Part shown: positions 15,224-32,597 of the stretch, in pieces
Numbering within the stretch: the first letter of the stretch is position 1
Layout: each line of letters begins with the position of its first letter
Program-made: the position numbers and the translations under genes
Assembly: GCF_009914755.1 (NCBI RefSeq)
Contig: NC_060937.1
DNA from: the human T2T-CHM13v2.0 reference genome, Homo sapiens
Direction: 5' to 3' (one strand)
Length of the DNA stretch: 64,000 nucleotides
Notes under the pieces: generated by a model
The model's input: only the letters and a program-made list of their open reading frames with translations
Database searches by the model: none
Told to the model about the DNA's origin: nothing

Positions 15224-16715
15224 AATATATATATTAAGATTTTTAATATATATTATATATACTAATTATATATTATATATTATATATATTAATTCATATA
15301 ACTAAATATATATAAAATATATAGTATGTATATTATATAATATATACTATTGTGTATATATTATATATTATATTTTATATATAATATATTATATTTTATA
15401 TAATATATTATATTTTATATAATATATTATATGTTATATATAATATATTATATTTTATATAATATATTATGTTATATATAATATATTATATTTTATATAA
15501 TATATTATGTTATATATAATATATTATATTTTATATAATATATTATATGTTATATATAATATATTATATTTTATATCATATATTTTATATATAATATATT
15601 ATATTTTATATCATATATTTTATATATAATATATTATATTTTATATCATATATTTTATATATAATATGTTATATTTTATATCATATATTTTATATATTAT
15701 ATTTTATATCATATATTTTATATCATATATTTTATATATAATATATTATATTTTATATAAAATATATTATATTTCATATAAAATATATGATATTTTATAT
15801 CATATATTTTATATATAATATATTATATTTTATATCATATATTATATATAAAATATATTATATTTTATATCATATATTTTATATATAATATATTATATTT
15901 TATATATAATATATTATATTTTATATCATATATTTTATATAATATATTATATTTTATATCATATATTTTATATAAAATATATGATATTTTATATCATATA
16001 TTTTATATATAATATATTATATTTTATATCATATATTTTATATAAAATATATGATATTTTATATCATATATTTTATATAAAATATATGATATTTTATATC
16101 ATATATTTTATATATAATATATTTTATATCATATATTTTATATATAATATATTTTATATCATATATTTTATATATAATATATTTTATATCATATATTTTA
16201 TATATAATATATTTTATATCATATATTTTATATATAATATATTATATATCATATATTTTATATATAATATATTATATTTTATATCATATATTTTATATAT
16301 ATTATATATTGAAATTTTATATATTTGATATCAAACACATCATTAAAAAGGTGAAAAAATAAGTGACAACTGGAAAAACATATTTGCCACTTATGTGCTG
16401 TCAGGTATATCAAGTATTCATAAGTACATATTACAAGTTATATATTATAGTATATAGTATATATAATTATATATACTATAATACATAATATATATTATAT
16501 ATGCTGTATTATATAATATATATTATTACATATTATATACTATACTATAGAATACATAATATATATACTATATTATACAATATATTATATATACTATATT
16601 ACACAATATATTATATATACTATATTACATAATATATATCATACATTATATACTATATTATATAAGATATATGTTATATATGTTATATTGTATTATATAT
16701 ATTTTTTATATATAT
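15224..16715. repeat. AT-rich compound minisatellite/VNTR (17-35-nt units; near-perfect 30-mer TATATAATATATTTTATATCATATATTTTA around 16100-16260), interrupted at 16304-16431
   Basis: Almost pure A/T with evolving tandem units, directly visible. Confidence 0.95.
16304..16431 (+). repeat. Inverted duplicate of 26959-27084
   Basis: Manual reverse-complement alignment: 3 substitutions and one 2-nt indel over about 127 nt. Confidence 0.92.
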
Positions 16716-17142
16716 CTGAGTTGCAAGGGCAAACTTAGTCCACAGATCTCAGAGAATGGTCCACACTGTATCTCTCCTAAAAAACTACAAAAGCACAGGA
16801 AATCAGACATTGCAAATATATCAGCCCCATTTTGTTCATTCTGTGATAGTGCCAGTTTTTCATATTCAAATATCGAAACCAAGAAAACTCATGAGTACTT
16901 TCAAGAATCTCACTGATGATACAGCTTCAGTCATGCCATCTACCCAGTTGATGTCTTCACCTGTTAAAATGGAAACTAAATGTCTCATGAAGGATAAATA
17001 AGGGGACTCTTGAGATCTCCCGCTTGCATTTCCAGATGATATTTACTGCCTTCAAGCTTTTCATGCCTACTTCAAAAGAAAAGTTTCTTTTCCAATTCAG
17101 GTAAATGTCTCTAAATGTATACTTTTTCTTTTTTCTTTCTTT

Positions 17143-17441
<299 letters not shown>

Positions 17442-17916
17442 AGTTTTTTCTTTTATGTATTAGTAATGCCAAACGTGTTCTCTATTTCTAACATGTACTA
17501 TGGCTTTTTTGGCAACATAAGGTACAGAGCACAGGTTAGGTCATACACACACGCACACTCACACCATCATCACACACACACACACGCACACCATCATCAT
17601 AATCACTTTCTGAACAACTTTTTAAACTTTCCAATGCTCAGTTTTCTCATTTGTAAAATGAGATTCTAAGAGGATCTACCTCAGAATTATTGTAAAATTG
17701 AAAGAGATAATGCAAGCAAAATGCTTTGTAACACATAATAGTCATTAGTATTAATGATAGTAGTTGGTACTTATAAGCTAAGTTTTTTTTCTCAACTTCT
17801 CTCCATTTATCAAACAGGATACAGCTCAAACCAACTTTTCTTTTTAATCTCAGCATCATCAGAAAATGTTTGAAGTTGGAGAAAAGTCAGCCTCTTCAAC
17901 ATATCTTTGTTATTTA

Positions 17917-18181
17917 ATACAAAAAGAAGAAATACAAAGATAAACACCAATTCTATCTAAAATTGAATGAAAAATAAAGCAAGTTATAGACTGCTGTTCA
18001 AGAAGCAAATGAAATCAGCATAAGCAATGAATTCAAAATCCTGAGAAGGATTTCATACAGAAAGAAGAAATTCAAAGATAAACACCAACTTTATCTAAAA
18101 TTGAAGGAAAAATAAAGCAAGTTATAGACTGCCGTTCAAGAAGCAAATGAAATCAGCATAAGCAATGAATTCAAAATCCTG
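17917..18181. repeat. Direct tandem duplication, period 138 bp
   Basis: 17917-18043 repeats at 18055-18181 with about 6 mismatches. Confidence 0.93.
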
Positions 18182-18312
18182 GGCTATAAATGAAATTGAG
18201 GCCGATTTCTGCAAATATATCTCATACTTACTCTATACCTGTCTATAATGCTACAACTCCTGCTTTGCCATATATGTAAAAAACAAGCCTAAGACAGGAA
18301 AAAGGAACTTAC

Positions 18313-18364
18313 CCACGAAATTCTCTTTATCTTGCTTCTCAGGTGAAGACACCCTAGAATCCAT
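18313..18364 (-). CDS. STOML3: STOML3 coding exon 1 (MDSRVSSPEKQDKENFV)
   Basis: GAGATGG Kozak context, donor G|gtaagt; 52 nt, phase 1 joins exon 2 in frame. Confidence 0.95.
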
Positions 18365-18419
18365 CTCATTCTTGAGAAGCTTTTATACTTGGCAATTTTT
18401 CATGGGTTTGGAGCTAAGT

Positions 18420-18600
18420 GTGAAGAACAGGCAGCAACTCAGATGTGCTTGGGAGAGGGGAGAGGAGAAAGTATGAGAGAGTGAAAGACATTCCTTCTCT
18501 TTAGTGAACTCCCTAAGGGGTAGTTACCCTGGTGAGGGAAGCCTGATAACATAAACAAAAAGATTTCTTTTATGAGTTCAGACTGCCTTTGTTCACAGAA
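18420..18600 (-). promoter_or_regulatory. STOML3: Putative STOML3 proximal promoter (non-CpG-island) with X-box-like and forkhead motifs
   Basis: GTTACCCTGGTGAG at 18523-18536 and ATAAACA at 18551-18557, just upstream of exon 1; TSS not determinable from sequence. Confidence 0.45.
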
Positions 18601-19107
18601 AAAACTTGAAAGAATATGACCATCTGGTGGTATTGCTTCCTGTAAAATATTGCTGTGTAATTTTCTATAGCATTTATATTTCATAAAACACTTCTATGCA
18701 CCTTGTATAAATCTTGTGTGATCACTGATTACACAATGACCTGTTCAATACACAGGGCAAGTGTATCCATCCTTATGTTTCAGATGAGAAAATTTAACCC
18801 AACTCATTCTAACACTGCAGTGAGTGAGCTTTTGAAACTCAAATCTGATCATGTCTTCATCCTGCTTAAAATAATCAAAAAATTGCCAACTGTCAATATT
18901 GTAAAGACCAAACTCCTAAGTGTCCTACAAGACCCTGCTGGCCTGCCCCTTCCTCCCTTTCCAGCCTCACTCATGTGTCTCTCCGTGAAGCAGCTCCATT
19001 GGTCTCCTATCAGTGCCTCCAAAGCTTGATATGTCTTCTCGCCACCGGATCTTTGCACGTGTTATCATATGCATAATTTTTTGGCTTGTGTCTGTTTCTT
19101 CTTCTAG

Positions 19108-19655
<548 letters not shown>

Positions 19656-20162
19656 TTGCACTATACATTTCCATGAGGAGAGTGACTTGGTCTAACATTT
19701 CCATTGCATCTGCAACAATTAGAACAACGTGGGCACATGATTGATGTTCAACAATACTTGCTGAATGAATGAATATATAAATCACAAATGAAAACAGCTC
19801 TCAAATGGCAAAGCTCTTTCTCAAATCCAGATCCTTAGGATCCTGTACTAGGATTCCTTCTTTCATCAGACCACATAGAACCACAGACAATTTTGTGGTT
19901 ATTCCAATACTAAGAACACCAATTTTCTAATTTTCTGATGTTCATTTCTCTCATATCAATATCCCAAATATATCTTGTTTTTCTTTTGTATACCATTATA
20001 TTTATTGTATGGCATTTATTATATTATATTGTATTATTTTGTGAAAACAGTAGAAAAAATCTCTAATCTCTCCCTGGCCTTCTTGTCTTTTCTGGTTTTT
20101 CTTCTGCCAACCACCTAGTTATTTCCTTCTTTGCAACTTCATCTTAAAACTTTTCTCAGATT

Positions 20163-20379
20163 CCAGCCTGGGCAACATGGTAAAACCCCATCTCTACTAA
20201 AAATACAAAAATTAACCAGGCATGGTGGCATGCACCTATAGTCCTAGCTACACTGGAGGTTGAAGTGGGAAGATTGATTGAGCTTGGGAAGCAGAGGTTA
20301 CAGTGAGTCAAGATGGCTCCACTGCACTCCAGCCTGGGTGACACAGCGAGACCCCAACTCAAAAAAGAAAAAAACAAAA
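20163..20379 (+). mobile_element. 5'-truncated AluJ
   Basis: Starts mid left arm; right arm and A tail present. Confidence 0.85.
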
Positions 20380-20659
20380 GTAAAAAATTTTCCAGGTTAT
20401 GGGTTATTTATACCAACTACTTGATAATCTTGATTGCCTTTTCCACAAACTCAAATTGTGGAAATAACTACTATGGCTGTCATCCACAGTTTGTAATTAC
20501 AATAATTAATACAGAGTTTTAGAAATTTAGGAAAGGAGACAAGAACACAGATTAAAACAGACATGCATAATGTGTGCAGAGTCAGCAACTGTCTGCTCTA
20601 GGATAGTTTTCTCTGCACCTCCCTTAAACATCCTCGCTTACAGCTCCAAGTAGAAATGT

Positions 20660-20915
20660 TGCTGGAGGCACAGTGGGCAGGAGAGAAGGCTCTGGGCTCA
20701 TACTGCCCAGATACAAAGAAAACTTTGCTCTGTCATGAACTAGTGTGTGACATTGGGTAAGCTATTTAACCTCTGTGTTTTATTTTTCTCATCTGTAAAA
20801 TGGGGATGGTAATATAATATTTACCAAAGAGAGTTGCCTGTATGAGAATCTTATGAAAATTACATGTAAAATATTCAGAATAATGACTAACATTAATAAA
20901 TGGTAACTATTATTA
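20660..20915. mobile_element. MIR SINE
   Basis: TTTCTCATCTGTAAAATGGGGAT core. Confidence 0.75.
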
Positions 20916-21875
20916 CCATGAATGGAAGCTGGGCTGTATTTCTAAGGACTGAGTTAACTTCTCTCTACAATGGCAAGATTGGGCTAATTTTCACAATGTC
21001 TCCCTTGTCCCCTAATTTCAAGTGAAAGGAAGACTGATAGAGATTGATTTGGTATGTCCATACATTTATCAACTCTCTTCTCTCTCTGATCTAATGCTAC
21101 CTTAAAAACTCGAGGCCCATTCCTGGTCTGTATTGTCATATAATTGCCATCCCGTTTCTTCCGGCCTCTACTTTATCACCATGTCATCATCACTTTGTAA
21201 CTAACCTCTCATGGAAAGAGCAACAGAAAAACTTCCTGTTTCCATCATTTCTCCCGACTTAAGCCAAAGACAATCTTTGCCTGGAACTGAAAGCCCCTTT
21301 CCCTTTGAGTCAGATGCTTCTCCATAGTCATACAGCAAAGTGTTCTGGAGGTGCTAGTTTAGCTTATTTCTAAATACATTTTCTCTTAATATTAGCCAAA
21401 TACCATTTATGCTAGCACTGCCAGTCACTGAGGTGGAAGGTTCAAAGCAACAGAAACAATAATTATTCCCTGGGAGCCACTACAAAGAGCCTCAAGAGTG
21501 CTTGCTATGGTCCATCCCTTTGGAAGATGACTAAGCAACTGTTTTTCTTTTTCCTAAAGAAAGTTTCAAATGTCTCAGCCTAGAAAGCAAGAAGGGTTTC
21601 AGCAAGCAATGAACACCTATGACAAACTGAATCCTCATAGCAGGGCCTCAGGAAATGAAACATGAGCTCATTTTCAAGTTTCCTACTTCTTTTTCTGTAA
21701 AATATAAATTAGCCCAGTGGATGAATTATTATCATCTGTGGATGTTCTTTCACTTATCCTGGGAAAGGAGGATACGGGAATTTCTGGAAGATGCTTCGGA
21801 TGAAGACTTTTCAGTGTTTCTGCATTTTCATTTTATCAATTTCTGCACTAGTGAAAGTACTGAGATGAGGACAGC

Positions 21876-22195
21876 TTTTTATTTTATTTATTTATTTATT
21901 TTTTTTGAGATGGAGTCTCTCTGTCACGCAGCCTGGAGTGCAGTGGTGCAATCTCGGCTCACTGCAACCTCCGCTCCCCCTGTGCCAGGGGTCAAGCGAT
22001 TCTCTGATGCCTCAGCCTCCCAAGTAGCTGGGATTACAGTCATGTGCCACCACGCCCAGCTAAGTTTTGTGTTTTTAGTAGAGATGGGGTTTTGCCATGT
22101 TGCCCAGGCTCATCTTGAACTCCAGGCCTCAAGCGATCCACCCAACTCAGCCTTCCAAAGTGCTGGGATTACAGGCATGAGCCAATGACCCTGGC
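21876..22195 (-). mobile_element. Alu (S/J)
   Basis: Reverse-complement Alu with (TTTA)n tail. Confidence 0.9.
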
Positions 22196-22468
22196 TGAAG
22201 ACAGCTATGTTTTTAAAAGGCCTAATTCTATTCCCACTCTTGACATACAGGACATGTGTCCTTAAGTATGTATATATTTTTTTCCCTGAATGTTCACCTT
22301 ATAGCACAAACCCTCTCTTGAGACAATCCTTTCTAAACTTCCACCTATTTCCTTTCCTAAGCTTCTGGTTTCAGACATCACCCACCATCCTTTCTTGCTA
22401 AGATGTATCCAGGTGTTCCAGGACAGTGGCTGCTCTCTTAAGAAAACATGCCCTTTTCTTTAAATTGA

Positions 22469-22881
<413 letters not shown>

Positions 22882-23352
22882 TGAGAAATTCGGTCTCCAA
22901 ATCTGTAAAGATATTTATAGTGATAACTCCCCAAGCTGCAAATCTGGCTTATACCTCTCTTCAGAATAATAAATATTTTTAACTATCGGCTGACGAAACA
23001 TCTCTACCTGGACGTCCCCCAATTAAATATTCTATACGTTAGAACGAAATCTATTGAATTAAGGCGTTTGTATTATGGAATACTGTTGATATATTTAACA
23101 TGTATGTATTTATTGAATAAAGTAAACAACCATCAATATACCACACAACAGCACCACTAGAATATTACCAATACCATTGAAACTACTTGCATATTCCTCC
23201 TGGGTCTCATCCTCACCTCTCTAAAACCGTAATTTATAATTTTGTTGATTATTCTCTTGCTTTTAAAATAGAACCTTTTAAATTATATATTTACATTTCT
23301 AAAACACTTATGATTTAGTTTTGCTTTTGCCTTTTTAAAAAATACCCATGTA

Positions 23353-23653
23353 GGCTGGGGGCGGTGGCTCATGCCTGTAATCCCACCACTTTGGGAGGCC
23401 GAGGCGGGTGGATCACGAGGTCAGGAGATCGAGACCATCCTGGCCAACATGGTGAAACCTCGTCTCTACTAAAAATACAGGAATTAGCTGGGCATGGTGG
23501 CGTGTGCCTGTAATCCCAGCTACTCAGGAGGCTGAGGCAGGAGAATCACTTGAACCGGGGAGTCAGAGGTTGCAGTGAGCCAAGATTTTGCCACTGCACT
23601 CCAGCCTGGCAACAGAGTGAGACTCCATCTCAAAAAAAAAAAAAAAAAAAAAA
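23353..23653 (+). mobile_element. AluSc-like
   Basis: GATCACGAGGTCAGGAGATCGAGACCATCCTGGCCAAC diagnostic. Confidence 0.93.
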
Positions 23654-24257
23654 CTCATGAGTGCTCTGCAATTTCCTTTGACATTCCATATTATGTTGCA
23701 GGAAGCTATTGCTCTTTAATTTTTAGTGCTATTTAAGACATAGAAGTGTAAACGGGCCACAGTTCACTTATTTATTTGGATACTTTTAGGTTTTCATTAT
23801 TACAAATGATACTATCATGAATGTTTTGTACATATCTTCTGGTTGTGTATACATGCAAGAGTTTCTCTAAGGCCCTAAAATCCAGATATATACATCTTGA
23901 GATGAAACTGTTATATTTTATGTTCAACTTTACAAGATTATTGTAAACAACTTTGTAAAAATATTTTCCAAAGTAGTTTATGTCAATTTAATCTTACTAG
24001 TCGTGTACAAGTATTCCTTTTGTTCCAAATCATTGATGGCACTTGTTCATACTTGACTATCTGGTCAGTGTAAAATAGCATTTCATTATAATCTGACTTT
24101 AGATTTCTCGGAGTTTTAATAAGGCAGAACAAGTTACACATGGTTATTTACAATTTGTGTTTTCTCCTTTGTGAGTTGCACATACATGCCCTTTGCTCCT
24201 ATTTTGGGCTTCTTCTTGCAAATTTAATAAGTAGTCTTTATATATACTTGCTATATA

Positions 24258-26900
24258 CATGTCGAGTACTTCTTATCCAAAATGCATAGGACTTAGAAGT
24301 GTTTCAGATTTTGGATTTTAGAATATTTGCGTATACATGAGATATCTTGGGGGTTGGCACCCAAATCTAAGCATTCAATTCATTTATGTTTCATATACGC
24401 CTTATACACGTAGCCCGAAGGCAACTTTGTACAAGACTTAATAATTTTATATGGAACAAAGTTTGTGTACATTGAACTCATGTGGACAGTCTGTGGTTTT
24501 TTGGCATGATCATCATTCTTGACTGAATTTCTACGCTACCAATAAGCAATCATTTTCTTATGCTTATTCACACATAAGTACTTAACAATAAAAGCTATGA
24601 CACCCCGTTAACACAGTGAAAAAATAATGTGTGTAGCAGCACAGCAGCATCACCAGAATACCTGGCTCAGCTGTTAAACAGCAGCAACAACAAGCAAACA
24701 ACGGCAGGCTTTCAGCCTCTAGCTATGATGCTGTGTTTGTGTTTCGATTAAAAGGCTACAATAGACTGTATTTTATTTTTTTTAGGTGGGAAGAAACATC
24801 AGAAGCATGGGCCCTCTAGGGATGAGGAGACATACTGCTGGAAGGCCTTTTAAACGATTTCCTCCAGAGTCATCTGCCTCATTAACAACAGTTTTTGTCT
24901 TAGATGTCTCTCTTGGATTTTATAAACTTACATTATTTCCTGTTCTGTTATAAATGCATGCTGCTCTACTCCTTCACTAAGCCCATCACACATTTTCATC
25001 ATGTTGTCTAGAGGCACTTTTTTGCAGTATTAACATCATCTTCATCATCACTAATATCACGATCACCTTGATTCAAAATCATTTTGGCTATTTCACAATC
25101 CACCAATGAATAAACAACTGGAGCCTCATTATTGAAGGTACAAACTTCTTTAATATCAATTTCTTCCCGTTTATTGATAGACTCTGAAATAATTTTTTTT
25201 GCATATATAAGGAGGTCAGACTTTTTTTTTTCTCATTTGACATGTGGAATCCTTCGAAGTCTCCATCTTGTTCGTCACCTTCATTGAATGTAGTCACAGG
25301 CCAGAGGCTGTGCCAGGCGTGTACCACTGTGGCCTTAGTTCTGTGTTTCAAGAGAACACAACAGCATATATGGTACCTGTCATGACAAAACCACGTTGAA
25401 AACCTTCCACACGCATAGCCTCCATTCACTGCTGCTAGCATACTGGTCAAGAAAGTGTTCTCACTTTCACTCTTCGTTTATCTAAGAATGCTCTGGTCAC
25501 ATAGCTAATGAGTTAATGAAGTCACATTTTGGGGAAAGTACATGACATAAACATTTTTGATGAGAATTTCATTTGGAGAATGAGCAGAATAGCTATCAAG
25601 GAATAAAAAATTCTTGTGGTCATCATCCAGCCTAGCTTCCTTGCAGTGAGCAAGAGCTGCTGATATAAAATGTCTGTGAAGCCAGTCAGAAAAGCAGTCC
25701 CTGATTGTCCATGACTTTTTTTTTTTTGTCAGAATAATGGACAGGTAAGAAATTAATTTCTTGGAAACAGCCAGGGATGCAGGCTTTTGCCTATCACAGC
25801 AAGTGTACCCTTATGTGTGTCTGCTGCATTAGCACATCTCAGCACAGATATTCTGTCCTTGGCATCCTTAATGCCTGTAGGGGCTGCCTCATCAGCTGTA
25901 GTCAGTGTCTTTCCAGGGCAGTAAGGACAAAACAGTGATGTTCATCAGCAGCATAGACTTGTTTTGGCATCAGATTTTGATCGGTGATGACCCTGACAAA
26001 TTCATTAATGAATTTCTTCACTGACCTGTGACCAGTAGATGCCTTATCACCACAAAGGTTTAAAAATGCAATGCCATGTCTTGTGTTAAATTTCTGCAAC
26101 CAGCCTGTCGCGTATTCATGGTTCCCGTTAATTTTCAGTTTATCATGATCAATCTTTGCTTGTTTCATGATCAGCATACCATTAAGCAACATATGTTTAC
26201 TGTAACACTGATGAATCAACTCTTCCAATACACAATTGAGATCTTCATTTTTAGCTGTATGTAGTGTTTTTCTATTTTTGATTCACTTCTGTTCATCACT
26301 TTTAGCATAGAACTTCAACAGTTTATCCTTCTGTTTCTGCAGGCCATATATGGTGGTCATTCCAATGACATACTCTTCTGAAAGATATACCACACTTATG
26401 CCACTGTCCAGTTCCTCCAACAGCTTGGTTTTCTATCAAACTATAGATAAACATAAGTGCTTCCTTATTTTCTTATTACTTATAAGGGTGTCTACAGGTC
26501 TTTTTGACATTTTCATGGTATCTTTACACCACAGAGCAGAGAATAAGTGAGTCATGTCCACAGGACTTGGCTTCATGTGGGGCATGATAGAGAGCCTGCC
26601 TTCAGTGTGTCTGGCCTGCACATGTGCTATTTTTATCACCCTTTGTGGGGGTATGTTTGAGTGGGGACTCAGGATGCACGGAAAAGATAACGTCGTAGCT
26701 GAAAAAGGCTGGGAAGGTCTTTTTCCCCTTGCAGATGCTGAATAAACTGCATTGTGTGCCTGGATTCTGACTGTGACCTGTCCATGAGACCAGGTGTGAA
26801 AGAGTGCACTTGTGGTGTCATGTTGGTGCTCAAAGTTTTGGATTTTGGAGTGTTTCAGATTTCAGATTTTCTGATTTTTGGATTAGGGATATTCAACATG
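24258..26900 (-). mobile_element. Near full-length Tigger4/Zombi (pogo/TcMar) DNA transposon with decayed transposase
   Basis: TIRs CATGTCGAGTACTTCTTATCCAAAA / CATGTTGAATATCCCTAATCCAAAA, TA TSDs; minus-strand fragments KRKHLCLSI-like, GWLQKFNTRHGI (CENP-B HTH), QVYAADE (first D of DDE). Confidence 0.88.
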
Positions 26901-26958
26901 TATATAAATATATGCACACCTACACAATGTGTGGGCGTGTATATACACTTTATACATT

Positions 26959-27084
26959 ATATGTACTTATGAATATTTGATACTTGACAGCACATAAGTG
27001 GCAAATATATTTTTCCAGTTGTCACTTATTTTTTCACCTTTTTAATGATGTGTTTGATATCAAATATATAAAATTTCAATATAT
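26959..27084 (-). repeat. Probable source copy of the inverted duplicate at 16304-16431
   Basis: Reverse complement of 16304-16431; here contiguous with surrounding old L1M sequence. Confidence 0.9.
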
Positions 27085-27352
27085 TTAATGCTTGGTGTGC
27101 CTTGTTTAAAAATCCTTCCCTTCCTAAGGTCTTGAAGACTGAAATATCAAGCCTTGATAATTAGTGGAGAAAGTCCTTCTACTTTATTCATTCTCTTCAG
27201 AAGAATTTTGGCTATTTTTCACCCTCTGGTCACCCATACATTTTAGAATAAGTTCATAAAACTTATTTAAAACGTTGGGATTTTGATTGGAATGGTGTGA
27301 AATTTGGAGACTGAGAGATTTTATATTCTAAGGCTATGATTCATAAATATGA

Positions 27353-27689
<337 letters not shown>

Positions 27690-27818
27690 TAAGTAGGTTT
27701 TCTTTAATGATGCTTATGAAGTTTAAAAACAAATTCACCGTAAAATTATTACTCATCTTTTGTAGGATTTGTTACTAGGTGACATGTCACCATTTTCTTC
27801 TTTTGAAAAGAGCATACT

Positions 27819-28146
27819 AGCCAGGCATGGTGGCTCATGCCTGTAATCTCAGCACTTTGGGAGGACAAGGTGGGTGGATTGCCTGAGCCCAGGATTTCAA
27901 GACTAGCCTGGGCAACATGGCAAAACCATTTCTCTACAAAAAATACAAAAATAAATAAATAAATAAAATCAGTCAGCCATGGTGGTGTGCACCTGTAGTG
28001 CCAGCTACTCAAGAGGCTGAGGTGGGAAGATTACCTGACCCAGGGAGGTCCAGGCTGCAGTGAGCTGTGATCACTTCACTACACTCCAGCCTAGGTGACA
28101 GAGGGAGACTCTGCCTCAAAAAAGAAAAACCAAAACTAAAAGAAAA
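27819..28146 (+). mobile_element. AluJ
   Basis: J diagnostics; TSD gaaaagagcatacta/gaaaagagcatgcta. Confidence 0.9.
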
Positions 28147-28675
28147 GAGCATGCTATTGATACTGTTGCTCATGTTTGAAAATGCAACTGACCTTTGAAT
28201 ATAATGAATCTGAATCTCACTAAGCTTTATTAATTCAAATAATTTGTCACCTCTGAATATTGTCTGCTTTATATATCTTCCTTTCCAATCCTTACACTTT
28301 TTACTTTTTTTGTACCTTACTACACTTGCTACGATGTCTGATACAATGCTGAATTACTTTCCTTGATTGACATCTGCTTTTAAAGGGGTATTTCTAGCAT
28401 TTCATAGTTAAAAATAAAGTATGCCATAAATACTATCATAGATTTCTTTTACTTGGAAGGTTTTTTTTTTATTATACTTTAAGTTTTAGGGTACATGTGC
28501 ACATTGTGCAGGTTAGTTACATATGTATACATGTGCCATGCTGGTGCGCTGCACCCACTAACTCGTCATCTAGCCTTAGGTATATCTCCCAATGCTATCC
28601 CTCCCCCCTCCCCCGACCCCACCACAGTCCCCAGAGTGTGGTATTCCCCTTCATGTGTCCATGTGATCTCATTGT

Positions 28676-32534
<3,859 letters not shown>

Positions 32535-32597
32535 TATGATGTTAGCTGGTGATTTTGCTCGTTAGTTGATGCAGTTTCTTCCTAGTCTCGATGGTCT

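Noticed and set aside
15981-16328. 115-aa I/Y/F-rich ORF
   Set aside because: Product of the AT-rich tandem repeat
16914-16960. Possible cryptic STOML3 exon (ttttaacag acceptor, gtgaga donor)
   Set aside because: 47 nt, frame-breaking, weak donor context, no other support
25088-26639. Domesticated TIGD/JRK-like gene
   Set aside because: Transposase is split by stops and frameshifts and still sits between TIRs: a fossil
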